From an uncultured Planctomycetia bacterium (lineage in GTDB: Bacteria; Omnitrophota; Gorgyraeia; B26-G9): a DNA stretch of 64,000 bases. Shown here piece after piece: positions 41,810 to 52,273 of this stretch. Position numbers and translations under genes: made by a program. The stretch is taken from positions 40,413 to 104,412 of the forward strand of contig CAYTGV010000004.1 of the NCBI GenBank assembly GCA_964437495.1. The letters run 5' to 3'. Under the pieces are notes generated by a model. That model ran no database searches. It had not been told where the DNA came from and saw nothing but the letters and a program-made list of their open reading frames with translations. Each line of letters opens with the position of its first letter. The first letter of the stretch is position 1.

Positions 41810-42014
41810 CGAGTGCAAAACTCGTGGGTTAGCTATTCTCGCCATTGTAATGACCTTCTCAAAGCAAGTCGTAATAACTTTCATATGTTTCTGTCCTATC
41901 TTTGAAGCTGCCTGAAATTGGCAAAAAAAAGCGTGGATTGTAGATATTCAGCTGTTTTCTTAGATTGTTAATCGTAACTAATTGCAATTAAACGGGTTGC
42001 ATTTGGCAAATTTT

Positions 42015-42043
42015 TTGCAAATACTGTTTGGTTGTGGTATACT
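42015..42043 (+). promoter_or_regulatory. Promoter TTGCAA-N17-TGGTATACT for the 1674-aa secreted protein gene
   Basis: TTTGCAAATACTGTTTGGTTGTGGTATACTTTAATATC. Confidence 0.45.
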
Positions 42044-42097
42044 TTAATATCTTTTTAGCTTAGTATTTTTAACCGTAAAATTCAAAGGAGCTTTGGA

Positions 42098-45000
42098 ATG
42101 TTTAAATTAGTTCGAAAATCGACACAAATGAAAATCATCAGTTTTTCCCTTGTTCTGCTTTTTATGTTTAGTCCATGCTCTGTGGTAAGTGGCAGTGAAG
42201 TAAATGCCTTGCCCCAGGAACCTCAAAGAGTCAATTTAGCCCCTGCACTTGAACTGTATAATAATACGCTTGCAGATATGTTTATGCTGCATGAAGGCAT
42301 GAAGAGAGCTTCAGGAAAAGTCGCAAAACAAATAAGCCTGGATGATAAGAAGAAGATCGAAGCTTGGATTAAACAAGGAATTTTTAAAATATTACCCGCA
42401 GGAGAAACGATCGAAGGGCAGGACGAAAATGTTATAGGTTATTCTGAGGGTTTATTGTTTAGCGATGAAGAGAAAGGCTTAATTAATAAGAAGGGTATTT
42501 TTATCTATGATGTCGACAAGACATTAGCTAAGCGTGACAGAGCCTTGCTTGAGCAAACAATACAAACCATTGAACGCTTGATGAGAAACGGTCATATGGT
42601 AGTGATCATTACCGGTCAACCTATAGACATACAGCGTGAACGTATAGTTACTCCGATAGATGCTGGATTGCGTCGCAATTTAGTTGTAATTACTAATGAA
42701 GGAACTGTTGCTCACCATTTTCTGCCAGGAGGAGAAGAGTATCTGGTAATGAACGATTTCACAAATCAATTTACTTTTACTGCTCAGCAGGCGCAGGTTA
42801 TGGAAAATATGTTTGATGGGTTTATGGATGAAAATGGATTTGAATATGCAGACGGAGGAGAATTTGACCCACGAGAAATGGCTCAAGCGGCCATTAAGCT
42901 TGAAGCCACTCTTGAGACCAGAGAAAGATATGCAAGGGAGCTGGAAGATAAGCTTAAAGCAAATGGAGTGGAAGGATTTAGAGGCTGGGCAAGCGGTTCG
43001 ACAACAATATCATTCTTGCATAAAAAAGCAAATAAACGGGATGCAGGATTAGGGTTTTTGAAAAACGAAGGGTTTTTCATGGATAAAGCGGTTTATCACG
43101 GAGATGAATTTTTCTATAATGGTAATGACGCTTTTATATTAGGAGATTCGGATATTTATGTTGCAGTAGTGGGACGATTAGAATCTAAGCCATTTACAAT
43201 CATGATAGATGGGAAGCCTCAGGAAATTTCATTGCAAGACAGGGGCAGAACTTTATACCTTGGCGGAGGCCCTTATGCGACAACACACTTTGCTGATGAT
43301 TTTTTAAATGAAAAAAGAAAACAAAGAGGCAAAGGAAACTTTCACGCGATAATCGCAGAGGTAGCGACAAAAAATACAAACATAGAAGCAATTGTTGCGC
43401 AGATTGAAAAAGAGTATAAAAATCCACATGATATGCTGAGCGCTTTGCTTGAGAGCTGGATTATTGAGAATACATGGCTGCATGAAACTCTGCAAGAGAT
43501 ATTAGCTGAAACCCAACCACAACAAGCAATGCCGGCATTAGATCGCCTGGACATTGAAAAACTTCGTGATTTGAAAATTATCTGTGAAGAGTATCGGGTG
43601 GGTCCCAAGACTATCTCTTTGCTGTATGCGCAAATGTTTGGTGCGAACATACAAGCTGATTACAAAGAGCTTGTCGAAATAATGAATTCTGAACTACAGG
43701 GTGAAACTCCTGTGAAATATGACGTGGGCTTGAATGCGTATAAATTAAGAAATGCACTAGTTGAATTTTCAGATTTAATTGCTGTTTTGGTAGGAGAAGA
43801 TATCGGCGGTGGCGTAAAGGACTCAGTTGAAAAACTTACAGGTCAAGATCAGGTGTTTAGGTATTCAGAAGAAAGACGGGAGTATGCACTTAGCGCTGTA
43901 AAGGGAAAAATCAATGACTCAGTTAAAGCTTTAAATATGTTTTTTGATGATCAGGGTTTGTTTAGCTGGCTGCTTGCAGCTTTTGGAAATAAGCTTAGTG
44001 TGTTTCATCAAAATTATGAGTTTGAACAATTATATGCTCCGGTAGAAGATGTGTTAAACGAAATTGCATCAGATACTGCGGAAGAAATTTCTCAGGGGCT
44101 TGTGGGATTAAGCGGCGGTGGCGGGGCTCAGATAATGTCTGAGATTATGCTCAAAGCTGAAGTACACAGATTATTGCTGCCGATTGCCAAAACCATGCCT
44201 TTTATCATGATTGTTCCCTCAGAAGATGACGGAGGAAGCACGGCGATAATTCTTTATGACGGCAAAAAAGAACATCGGTTTATTTTTCCGGCCATGGGTG
44301 ACTCAATGAATGCTTATGCAGGATTAAGCCGGGGAGAGCTAAATAGTTTTGGAGATCCTAAGTTTCCTTATTTTTATGATGTGACCCGCACAAGATTTTC
44401 CTTAGAAGGAAATGACTCTCTTATGCTTGAATTTGGCCAGCTTGCTTTTGAGCAAATGCAGGGTCTTATGTATAAACGTGCGCCGATGGAACAAAGAAAA
44501 AAGGTCATAGAATTTTTTAAAAGCCTTCACGTGGTTTTAAAGGAGTTTGACCTGATGCCGATAGAAGGTCAAAGCATGGGTAATATGATGTGGCTTGCAA
44601 CTGCAGATCGAAAGGCACAAATAAAAAGCAAGCACAAGCCAAGGGAGATGAGAAAACTTGGAGATGATCAGTTGGTAGAGGTGCAAAAATATCTGGCAAA
44701 AATATATGGATTGGGAAATATGATGGTTTTGCCTTCTAATCTTTCTCCGGGTACATTGTACGCGACTTTGGATAAGATTGTGGTTCAAGAGGGTAAACAC
44801 AGTCCTGAATTGCTTGAGAACAAAGGGCGTTTTAGAAATAAAAAAATTGCTGCGGCCGGAAAAACCTTTCAAATTTCGGAATCACCCGCACAAATAATAG
44901 ATAAGGATCAAGGACATACTTTTGTGGATTATGATATCGAAGAAGGCGCAGAGCTTATCATTTCGCATCAAAATAAAGAGATCCCTCTTGGCGGCAAGAT

Positions 45001-47122
45001 GATGTTTCGTGTCAGGATATTAAAGGAAAATGGAGATATTAAAGCGCAGTTTAATATCGGTTCGGAGGCCTGGGGCGAGGTGCATGATTTGCAGGCTGAG
45101 CCTGAAATTATCGGAATCCCAAATGACACTATTCGCAGCAAGACTCCAAATCAGCAAAAATGGGGCGCGCGCGTGAGCACAATCAATAACGGTAGGACAC
45201 TGCGGGTTTATTTGGATAGAGTAGGCGCTGGTACGACATTCCGTTTTAATGATGATAAAGATAATCCAATAATGTTTAAGGGGCGCATTGTTGTTAAACA
45301 GACCAATATTACGGAGTCATACCACTTGTCTAAAATCGTTAAAGTTGGGTTTGTGGGAGAGAAAAAACCAGTGGCAGTAGAATATATTTTAAAGGTATTA
45401 CGAAATTCACAGGTTGGGTGTGTTATAGGCCCCGGCAGCGTAGTTACAAGTTTGCTGCCGATACTTTTAATTGATGAGATTAGGGAAGAACTTCGTGCAA
45501 TGGCAGAAAGAGGCTTGCCTGTAACCTTTATGATGAACCCTGTAAAGGATAACGAAACAGCGTATGAAACAATTACTTCTTTGATGCAAATGATGGAAGA
45601 TAGTTGCGGCGAACCTATCTTCGGCATAGACAGGGGTGGTTTTGTAACCGATATGTTTGTTAATGATTCTCGGAACTTGCCTGAATATGTTAGAAACTTA
45701 ACAGATCTGACAGATTCGCAGACGACCAGGCTAAGAGAAGCAGAGCGTCCGCGAGGGATATTATATTTTCAGGAAAAGGAAAAAGAACAGATACAGAAGA
45801 AGATGGGAGATAATTTTGGTATTCATGTTGCAGACGTACTTACTGTTATTAATAAAGAAGTAAGAGGTGGCGCGCCGGAGAAAGGTACTGGCTATGAACC
45901 GGCATTAGTCGGCCAGGTCTTAGAGCGGATAATTTTAGCACGTATGCGTGAATCAGTTGAGGATATGGATTTATACAAAGATGCGCTTAAAATATTTGAT
46001 AATCAGAAAGACAAGCTTGATGCAGCAATGACGTATTTAAGAAGAGAAGAAAAGATCTGGAGTGAAGTAAATGCTTTGCAGAGAATAATAAGTGCTTATC
46101 GTAGTAAAGGGCAATTTACTAAAGAGTATATCAAACAGATAACGCCGAAAGTTATAGTCTTAAACTTATCACATAATATACTTGAGCCTGAATATTTAAG
46201 AAACCCTGCAAAAGGAGATCCGTTTTCGATAGATATGCGGGATGCGATGATCAGATATCTGGAAGCCGGAGGGAAGATAATAATTAGCACTGGATTGCCG
46301 TTTGAAGTAGTAAGGGCGCATCTTTTAGGTGGTAAAAGCAGGATTCCTGAGGCATTAATAGATAATATTTACACAGTAACTCTTTCCGGATCGCAGACAC
46401 ACAAAGGAAACAAGCTTATAGAGGAAGAAGGAACTTTAATTAGCCTTGAGGCGCTGGGGATTATTCAAAGAGTTGCAGATATCTACGGATTGCCAGAGCA
46501 TAAAGTTTTAATGAACTTCGGATCATTTGTCAGTTTACGTTTGTATGATTACAGTGGTTTAACTGTAGAGGAAGTAGAAAAAATAAACGAAAGAGTTAAT
46601 AAGTTGGAAGCTGAAGACCGTAACTTTTTTAAAATACAATGGATGGCCGGAGCATTTGCCGATAAGTATGACTTGAGAGACATTGTAAGCAGAAACTTGC
46701 AGAGATTATTTGAGGAAGCTGGCATTGATTGGAAGGTGGAATCTCAAGGTGTTTCATCTATTGATATATCACATGTATCTGAAGTAGAGACAATAGAAAA
46801 GCTACTTAATACAGAGTTGAAAGACATTGATCATGGGCATACCTTGTTTGCTTATGCAGGAAAAGGGTTGAGTGAGATTGCCAAGAGAATACCGAGTGCT
46901 TCGTATCTGGCAATACCGGTAAGAGATGCACGTTCTCTTTTTATGCAGGATGCGATGATCGTTGCTTTAAATGGAGCAACTGCAACATGGGATCGTGATA
47001 TGTGTCTTAAGCTTTTTATTGAAGCGTCAAAGGCTTTAGCTGATGAACAGGGAGTCAGCGCAGGTTTATATGACGCACAGCCGCAAAAAACCACATCAGA
47101 TTTTCTGGAAAGTGCGATTTAA
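42098..47122 (+). CDS. Giant (1674 aa) secreted protein with N-terminal HAD-superfamily (Cof/sucrose-phosphatase-like) domain
   Basis: Signal peptide MKIISFSLVLLFMFSPCSVVSG. HAD motif I FIYDVDKTLAKRD and motif IV GDEFFYNGNDAFILGDSDIY. A possible second degenerate HAD-like region lies near GGKIIISTGLPFEVV. The remainder is unknown. Confidence 0.5.
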   Translation: MFKLVRKSTQMKIISFSLVLLFMFSPCSVVSGSEVNALPQEPQRVNLAPALELYNNTLADMFMLHEGMKRASGKVAKQISLDDKKKIEAWIKQGIFKILPAGETIEGQDENVIGYSEGLLFSDEEKGLINKKGIFIYDVDKTLAKRDRALLEQTIQTIERLMRNGHMVVIITGQPIDIQRERIVTPIDAGLRRNLVVITNEGTVAHHFLPGGEEYLVMNDFTNQFTFTAQQAQVMENMFDGFMDENGFEYADGGEFDPREMAQAAIKLEATLETRERYARELEDKLKANGVEGFRGWASGSTTISFLHKKANKRDAGLGFLKNEGFFMDKAVYHGDEFFYNGNDAFILGDSDIYVAVVGRLESKPFTIMIDGKPQEISLQDRGRTLYLGGGPYATTHFADDFLNEKRKQRGKGNFHAIIAEVATKNTNIEAIVAQIEKEYKNPHDMLSALLESWIIENTWLHETLQEILAETQPQQAMPALDRLDIEKLRDLKIICEEYRVGPKTISLLYAQMFGANIQADYKELVEIMNSELQGETPVKYDVGLNAYKLRNALVEFSDLIAVLVGEDIGGGVKDSVEKLTGQDQVFRYSEERREYALSAVKGKINDSVKALNMFFDDQGLFSWLLAAFGNKLSVFHQNYEFEQLYAPVEDVLNEIASDTAEEISQGLVGLSGGGGAQIMSEIMLKAEVHRLLLPIAKTMPFIMIVPSEDDGGSTAIILYDGKKEHRFIFPAMGDSMNAYAGLSRGELNSFGDPKFPYFYDVTRTRFSLEGNDSLMLEFGQLAFEQMQGLMYKRAPMEQRKKVIEFFKSLHVVLKEFDLMPIEGQSMGNMMWLATADRKAQIKSKHKPREMRKLGDDQLVEVQKYLAKIYGLGNMMVLPSNLSPGTLYATLDKIVVQEGKHSPELLENKGRFRNKKIAAAGKTFQISESPAQIIDKDQGHTFVDYDIEEGAELIISHQNKEIPLGGKMMFRVRILKENGDIKAQFNIGSEAWGEVHDLQAEPEIIGIPNDTIRSKTPNQQKWGARVSTINNGRTLRVYLDRVGAGTTFRFNDDKDNPIMFKGRIVVKQTNITESYHLSKIVKVGFVGEKKPVAVEYILKVLRNSQVGCVIGPGSVVTSLLPILLIDEIREELRAMAERGLPVTFMMNPVKDNETAYETITSLMQMMEDSCGEPIFGIDRGGFVTDMFVNDSRNLPEYVRNLTDLTDSQTTRLREAERPRGILYFQEKEKEQIQKKMGDNFGIHVADVLTVINKEVRGGAPEKGTGYEPALVGQVLERIILARMRESVEDMDLYKDALKIFDNQKDKLDAAMTYLRREEKIWSEVNALQRIISAYRSKGQFTKEYIKQITPKVIVLNLSHNILEPEYLRNPAKGDPFSIDMRDAMIRYLEAGGKIIISTGLPFEVVRAHLLGGKSRIPEALIDNIYTVTLSGSQTHKGNKLIEEEGTLISLEALGIIQRVADIYGLPEHKVLMNFGSFVSLRLYDYSGLTVEEVEKINERVNKLEAEDRNFFKIQWMAGAFADKYDLRDIVSRNLQRLFEEAGIDWKVESQGVSSIDISHVSEVETIEKLLNTELKDIDHGHTLFAYAGKGLSEIAKRIPSASYLAIPVRDARSLFMQDAMIVALNGATATWDRDMCLKLFIEASKALADEQGVSAGLYDAQPQKTTSDFLESAI

Positions 47123-47157
47123 AAGAAGAGTAAAAGTTACCGATATTGTTAATTTTA

Positions 47158-47196
47158 GTCCCTAGTAACTAATATAGCTGCTAGGGACTTTTTTTA
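47158..47196 (+). terminator. Rho-independent terminator after the giant HAD-protein gene
   Basis: GTCCCTAG-15 nt loop-CTAGGGAC followed by TTTTTTT. Confidence 0.65.
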
Positions 47197-47287
47197 TTGC
47201 TGTGTCAATATTTGGGATATAGTATATTTTTTTCTTTTCTGGTACAATACAATAGTTAATATATTAAATAAAGGAGGGGAAGGGATC

Positions 47288-47617
47288 ATGGAGGAAAGAA
47301 GATTTTCGCGCAGATATCCGGTATTGTTAAAGGCGCGGGTTATCATTGCAGGAACACAGCAGTCATATGAGGGAAAAGTTACTGATATTAGTTTTTCTGG
47401 GGTTCGATTTCTTTGCAATGAAACAATAGACAAGGATCAGCAATTAGAACTGACAATATCCATAGAGGAACAGGAGATCACGCTAAAAACAGTTGTTGTA
47501 TGGGCCGCGAAGCTGGATGGGCTGGAAGGAATGCAGCATGGGATGCAGGTTGTTGGCGTAGCTTTTGTCGGGGATTGCAAAAAACTGGAAGCATTTTTTA
47601 AAAAAATCCAGGGCTAA
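47288..47617 (+). CDS. PilZ-domain protein (c-di-GMP-binding)
   Basis: RRFSRRYPV (RxxxR) ... VTDISFSGVRF (DxSxxG). Confidence 0.65.
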   Translation: MEERRFSRRYPVLLKARVIIAGTQQSYEGKVTDISFSGVRFLCNETIDKDQQLELTISIEEQEITLKTVVVWAAKLDGLEGMQHGMQVVGVAFVGDCKKLEAFFKKIQG

Positions 47618-47792
47618 AACATGCTTTTTGTCTTATTAAAACACCTGAATAGTTGAAAAAGATAAAACAAAAGCCATACAAAGTCATCCTGTTTGAGGTA
47701 ATGCTGATTATTCTATCAAAGATACTGGGTAAGGTGTATTCCAGATTAAGCTGATCTGGGGGCATTAAACAATAATTACTAGGAGCGCCAAA

Positions 47793-48248
47793 ATGGGAAC
47801 AGACAGCGAGTATTTAAAAGAGACGGTTGAGCCGGGTGTTTTTGCAAAATGGCAGGAAGTAGATGCCGTGGTTTATGCCTTTACGGATATGGGGATGAAG
47901 GTGGCGATCAATGATGAGTATACAGGACTGGTTTATAAGAATGAGGTATATGCAGAATATAAATTAGGCCAGGCACTCAAAGTGTTTATAAAATTAGTGA
48001 GAGATGATGGCAGAATAGATGTTTCCCTGCAGTCGTATCAAGGCAGGCATGTTTTTTCAACTACTGATAAAATATTCGAACAACTTCAGGCAGCGGGAGG
48101 GAAATTAGATTTTAATGACAGCAGCTCTCCGGATGAGATAAAAAACAAATTTAATGTAAGTAAAAGAGTGTTCAAACAGGCGATTGGCAAATTATATAAA
48201 CAGCGTAAAATTAATATTACAGAGCAAGGCATAGAAATTGTTAAGTAA
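47793..48248 (+). CDS. Hypothetical protein, S1-like barrel + C-terminal wHTH (CvfB/YitL-like, short)
   Basis: GQALKVFIKLVRDDGRIDVSLQ and a C-terminal VSKRVFKQAIGKLYKQRKI. Weak resemblance only. Confidence 0.25.
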   Translation: MGTDSEYLKETVEPGVFAKWQEVDAVVYAFTDMGMKVAINDEYTGLVYKNEVYAEYKLGQALKVFIKLVRDDGRIDVSLQSYQGRHVFSTTDKIFEQLQAAGGKLDFNDSSSPDEIKNKFNVSKRVFKQAIGKLYKQRKINITEQGIEIVK

Positions 48249-48483
48249 AGATAATAAAATAGAGCGGGATTTAGGAGAGCAGCCAATCAAGCAGATCATG
48301 ATAGAGCATGATTTAAAGCCGCATGATCTTGTTGAGGTATCTCAAGAGCAGATCACGCACCGCATGATTACACGTGCCGCTAAGGGCAGAAGGCTGACTA
48401 AGAATATTCAAATCAAAGTGCTTAATGCTCTCAACAAAGTAGTTAAAAAAGCGTATATATTAAAGGATTTGTTTAACTACTAG
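48238..48483 (+). CDS. Small hypothetical protein (81 aa)
   Basis: ORF overlapping the upstream stop; no motif. Confidence 0.25.
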   Translation: MLSKDNKIERDLGEQPIKQIMIEHDLKPHDLVEVSQEQITHRMITRAAKGRRLTKNIQIKVLNALNKVVKKAYILKDLFNY

Positions 48484-48614
48484 GCCTTGTCATGGGAATA
48501 AGATCAGCAAATTAATGCTTCTCTTGACAAGGGAGTTATTAATTGATAAAAAGTATTTGTGGCGCAAGTAAGTTCAACAAAAAGTATTGTAAAAAAGACA
48601 ACGAAGTTCTTTAA

Positions 48615-49079
48615 GTGCAGACTAATCTTACCCAGGGTGAGTCGGAAAAATTGCCGGTATTAATCCATATAGTCAATGATACAGAGAGAATCGGGGATCA
48701 CTCGGAAAATATCATAGAGCTTGTGGAGCGCAAAATAGAAAACAAGCTGAATCTTTCGATCGAGGAAATAAAGCAGCTGCATTTAATGTGGAATGAGCTG
48801 CATAGTATGATGGTAGAAACGGAAAAAGCCTTGAAGCAAAAAGATATTGCCATTGCTGCGAAAGCAATAGCAAGAGAGGATCGGATCAATGCCCTGCAGG
48901 TCGAGCTCAAGCAAACACATGTTAATCGTTTGAGCGAAAAAACCTGCACGCTTAAATCAGGAGTTGTTTTTCTAGATTTTGTGGACAATCTCGAGAAAAT
49001 AGGGGATCATTTGTGCAATATTGTGCAAGGAGTTTTAGGCGGTATGTGCTGGAAAACTACTGATAAATTAAAGAAATAA
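48615..49079 (+). CDS. PhoU-like domain protein (possible C-terminal fragment of a Na/Pi-cotransporter-type gene)
   Basis: Two RIGDHSENI / KIGDHLCNI PhoU repeats. The track ORF has no convincing start Met context and there is no membrane domain upstream. Confidence 0.35.
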   Translation: MQTNLTQGESEKLPVLIHIVNDTERIGDHSENIIELVERKIENKLNLSIEEIKQLHLMWNELHSMMVETEKALKQKDIAIAAKAIAREDRINALQVELKQTHVNRLSEKTCTLKSGVVFLDFVDNLEKIGDHLCNIVQGVLGGMCWKTTDKLKK

Positions 49080-49186
49080 TTCTTTGGGGTCTTGGGAAGT
49101 TAATAAATATTTAGATATCTTTCATCCAAACTTTACTCATATAAGCAATTGCGTAAAGTTTCCTCCAGTTGTATAATACTCAGATT

Positions 49187-51061
49187 ATGATTGAATTACG
49201 CGATATATCAAAATCTTTCGGCGGCCAGGAGCTTTTTCATCAAGGCTCTTTTGCTGTTGGGGCAAATGAAAAGATCGGCCTTGTCGGGCGCAATGGCCAT
49301 GGCAAGACAACCTTGTTCGGCCTGATCAATAAAACTATGGAGTCGGATTCAGGCACAATAGTAATTCCGAAAAATTACCGGATTGGATGCCTGCAGCAAA
49401 ACATTGTTTTTTCCAAAGATACAGTGCTTGCTGAGGTTTGCATTGAGATGCCTGAGAGCGAGAGCGATGATTCATGGAAAGCGGAAAAAGTTTTGCATGG
49501 GCTTGGTTTCTCTGTGGCTGATATGCAGAGATCTCCGCTTGAATTTTCCGGAGGTTTTCAAATCCGGATTAATCTGGCAAAGATCCTTGTTTCACAGGCA
49601 AATATGTTATTGCTTGATGAGCCGAACAATTATTTGGATGTTGTGGCTATCCGCTGGCTGATCAGGTTTCTGCGCCAGTGGAAAGGGGAGTTGATACTGA
49701 TTACGCATGATCGATGTTTCATGGATGCTGTGGTTACTCATATCGTGGGCATTCACCGCAAGCAGATGCGAAAGATGTCCGGAACTACTCAAAGGTTTTA
49801 TGAGCAGATATCCCAAGAAGAGAATATATATGAAAAGACCCGTAAGCGCGATGAACGCAAGCGTAAACAGACCGAAGTTTTTGTAAATAAATTCCGGGCT
49901 AAGGCCCGTCAGGCAGGGCTGGCGCAATCAAGGTTAAAAAGCCTTGCTAAGCTGGAGCAAAAAAGCAAATTAGATGAAATAAAAACATTTGATGTTGCAT
50001 TTAATTCAGCTTCGTTTAACGCAGCAACAATGATGAATGTCAATAATATCAGCTTTGCTTATGATAAAAATCATCCGATGTTATTTGATCAGACCTCTTT
50101 TCGGATAGGCCGTCGGGAACGCTTGTGCGTGATTGGAAAAAACGGCAAAGGAAAATCAACACTGCTGCGTGTGCTTGCCGGTGAGTTGAATTCATTAAGC
50201 GGCACGATTAAATCACATCCACGCCTGTCGGTTGGTTATTACGCGCAAAGTAATACAGCGCAATTAAGCGCAGAACGTTCTGTTCTTGCGGAAGTTCTCA
50301 GCGCTGACCCTACTGGTTTGCCGCAGCGCGCACGCACTATTTGCGGATCACTATTATTTAGCCAGGATCTGGCCCTAAAACCAGTTTCTGTTTTATCAGG
50401 GGGAGAAAAAAGTCGGGTAATGCTTGGGAAAATTTTGATGCAGCCATGTCATTTGTTGCTTCTTGATGAGCCGACAAATCATCTGGATATGGAATCTAGC
50501 GAGGCATTATGTAATGCTATTGAGGAATTTGACGGGTCGGTGATTATGGTCACGCATAATGAATTGTTTTTAGAGCGAATTGCCCAAAAACTGCTTGTAT
50601 TTGAGTCAGAGGGAGTGCGGTATTTCGACGGTAATTATTCTGATTTTTTAAATAAGGTCGGCTGGCAGGATGAAGCAGGGGATTTAAAAGCAGAATCAAA
50701 GAGTAAAACCAGCATTGATCCTAAAATGGATAGGCGTACACATCGACGCATAGTTGCCCAATTGCGCCATGAGCAGGCAAAAGTACTTAAACCTCTAGAG
50801 GTAAATATAGATAAACTGGAGGGAACAATTAGCGGCCTGGAAACAGAGCTGCAAAAAATAAATGAAGAGCTTATCAGGGCATCTTATGAATCTGATAAAA
50901 ATGTGATTGCCAAGCTATCGCGGAAGATCAAAGAGCTGCCGCAGCAAATCGATGAGCATTATGTACAGCTTGATAAGGTTTTTCAGGAATATGAGTCACA
51001 GCGGGAGGAGTTTATTCGCAGGCTGAGCGAGCTTACTGGTCAAGGGAGTGAAGAGGCGTAG
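49187..51061 (+). CDS. ABC-F family ATPase (tandem ABC domains + C-terminal coiled coil; Uup/EttA-like)
   Basis: Two Walker A motifs (GRNGHGKTT, GKNGKGKST), two signature motifs (FSGGFQIR, LSGGEKSR), and Walker B LLLDEP twice. No TM domain. Start taken at ATG 49187; the track start at 49169 is a TTG. Confidence 0.75.
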   Translation: MIELRDISKSFGGQELFHQGSFAVGANEKIGLVGRNGHGKTTLFGLINKTMESDSGTIVIPKNYRIGCLQQNIVFSKDTVLAEVCIEMPESESDDSWKAEKVLHGLGFSVADMQRSPLEFSGGFQIRINLAKILVSQANMLLLDEPNNYLDVVAIRWLIRFLRQWKGELILITHDRCFMDAVVTHIVGIHRKQMRKMSGTTQRFYEQISQEENIYEKTRKRDERKRKQTEVFVNKFRAKARQAGLAQSRLKSLAKLEQKSKLDEIKTFDVAFNSASFNAATMMNVNNISFAYDKNHPMLFDQTSFRIGRRERLCVIGKNGKGKSTLLRVLAGELNSLSGTIKSHPRLSVGYYAQSNTAQLSAERSVLAEVLSADPTGLPQRARTICGSLLFSQDLALKPVSVLSGGEKSRVMLGKILMQPCHLLLLDEPTNHLDMESSEALCNAIEEFDGSVIMVTHNELFLERIAQKLLVFESEGVRYFDGNYSDFLNKVGWQDEAGDLKAESKSKTSIDPKMDRRTHRRIVAQLRHEQAKVLKPLEVNIDKLEGTISGLETELQKINEELIRASYESDKNVIAKLSRKIKELPQQIDEHYVQLDKVFQEYESQREEFIRRLSELTGQGSEEA

Positions 51062-51259
51062 CAGGGTATTAAGTGTTACGTGTAAAATCGAAGGACGAGG
51101 GACTAAGGACGAAAAAAAAAGGGAATGATAAATTAGGGCCATAGGACAAAGGTGGGTTGAAAGCTTAAGTAAAAAGCGAAAAATTGGTTATTGTTTTTTT
51201 TCAACTCTTAATATCTGTAACTATGACTTAGGGCTGTTTTTTAGAGGAGCGACTATATT

Positions 51260-51598
51260 ATGGAAACAGAAGAAAAACAATTGATTAAACTGGAAATAGA
51301 AGCGCGTATCGCGCAGACAAAGAAAAATATTGCAAGCCTGCGCGAGAAGATCAAGCCGATCCCGTTAGATGGTACTATAGGCAGAGTGACCAGGATGGAT
51401 GCGATTGGGCATAGAAGTATTGCGGAAGCAAGTCTAAGAGATGCTGAAGCGTCCTTATCTCTGCTTGAGCATGCGCTAAAAAATTTGGATGAAGAAAGTT
51501 TTGGAGTATGCACTAAGAATAAAGTAAAAATTCCACTTGAGCGGATATTGGCAATACCTGAAGTGCGGCTTTGTGTTAACTGCGCATCTTTGCGTTAA
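51260..51598 (+). CDS. DksA/TraR-family C4 zinc-finger protein
   Basis: C-terminal CTKNKVKIPLERILAIPEVRLCVNC (CxxC-N17-CxxC) after a coiled-coil region. Confidence 0.55.
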   Translation: METEEKQLIKLEIEARIAQTKKNIASLREKIKPIPLDGTIGRVTRMDAIGHRSIAEASLRDAEASLSLLEHALKNLDEESFGVCTKNKVKIPLERILAIPEVRLCVNCASLR

Positions 51599-51612
51599 AG
51601 AGGAAATATATT

Positions 51613-51870
51613 ATGGCAAAACTTAAACTTGATCTGCATGATATATTTAATAAAGGCAAGTCTATTGATGCAGAGCTTAATCGTGTGATCAGTGAGGCCC
51701 TTGACAAGGGGATAAGGCTTATTGAGATCATCTCGGGCAAAGGAAGTGGTCAGCTTAAGAAAAAAGTACTGCGATTCCTGGAACAGAAACACATTAAAGA
51801 GCTCTATCATCGTATTGAAAAAGACAGTAAAAATTGGGGCAGGCTTTTTGTCCATTTTAAAAAAAAGTAA
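51613..51870 (+). CDS. Smr-domain protein
   Basis: LDLHDI...EALDKGIRLIEIISGKGSGQLKKKVLRFLE matches the Smr LDLHG...IIHGKG core. Confidence 0.55.
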   Translation: MAKLKLDLHDIFNKGKSIDAELNRVISEALDKGIRLIEIISGKGSGQLKKKVLRFLEQKHIKELYHRIEKDSKNWGRLFVHFKKK

Positions 51871-51938
51871 GACAGGCTTTGAGCGCAGAAAAGGAAGCTC
51901 TTTTTTGTTAGCCTTTTAAATGAAACAAAGAGAAAGGA

Positions 51939-52250
51939 ATGATTAAAATGGCAGGATTTGATTATAAGCAGAAAAAAAACAGGGAGCATAAATCTTTTAG
52001 ATATGAGGATTCTCCGGAAGGCCCTCAGGGAAAGCCTGATCTGGCTTCTATGGTCAGGAAAATACAGCAGCAATTGGTTTTTCTAGAGAGAAAGATAGAT
52101 ATGCTTCTTGGGCAGTCTTCTTCAAGCTCTTTTAGACAAGATGGGAAATTTGCCCGTGCGGAGGGCAAAGCTCACAAGCATGGCTTTGCAGATAAAGGTT
52201 CTTATAAGGGGAAAAAGCCGTTTTTACCTAAAAGAAAACCGCGCATATAA
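51939..52250 (+). CDS. Basic hypothetical protein (103 aa)
   Basis: K/R-rich; no motif. Confidence 0.3.
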   Translation: MIKMAGFDYKQKKNREHKSFRYEDSPEGPQGKPDLASMVRKIQQQLVFLERKIDMLLGQSSSSSFRQDGKFARAEGKAHKHGFADKGSYKGKKPFLPKRKPRI

Positions 52251-52273
52251 TATAAGTATAAGATCATTGAAAT

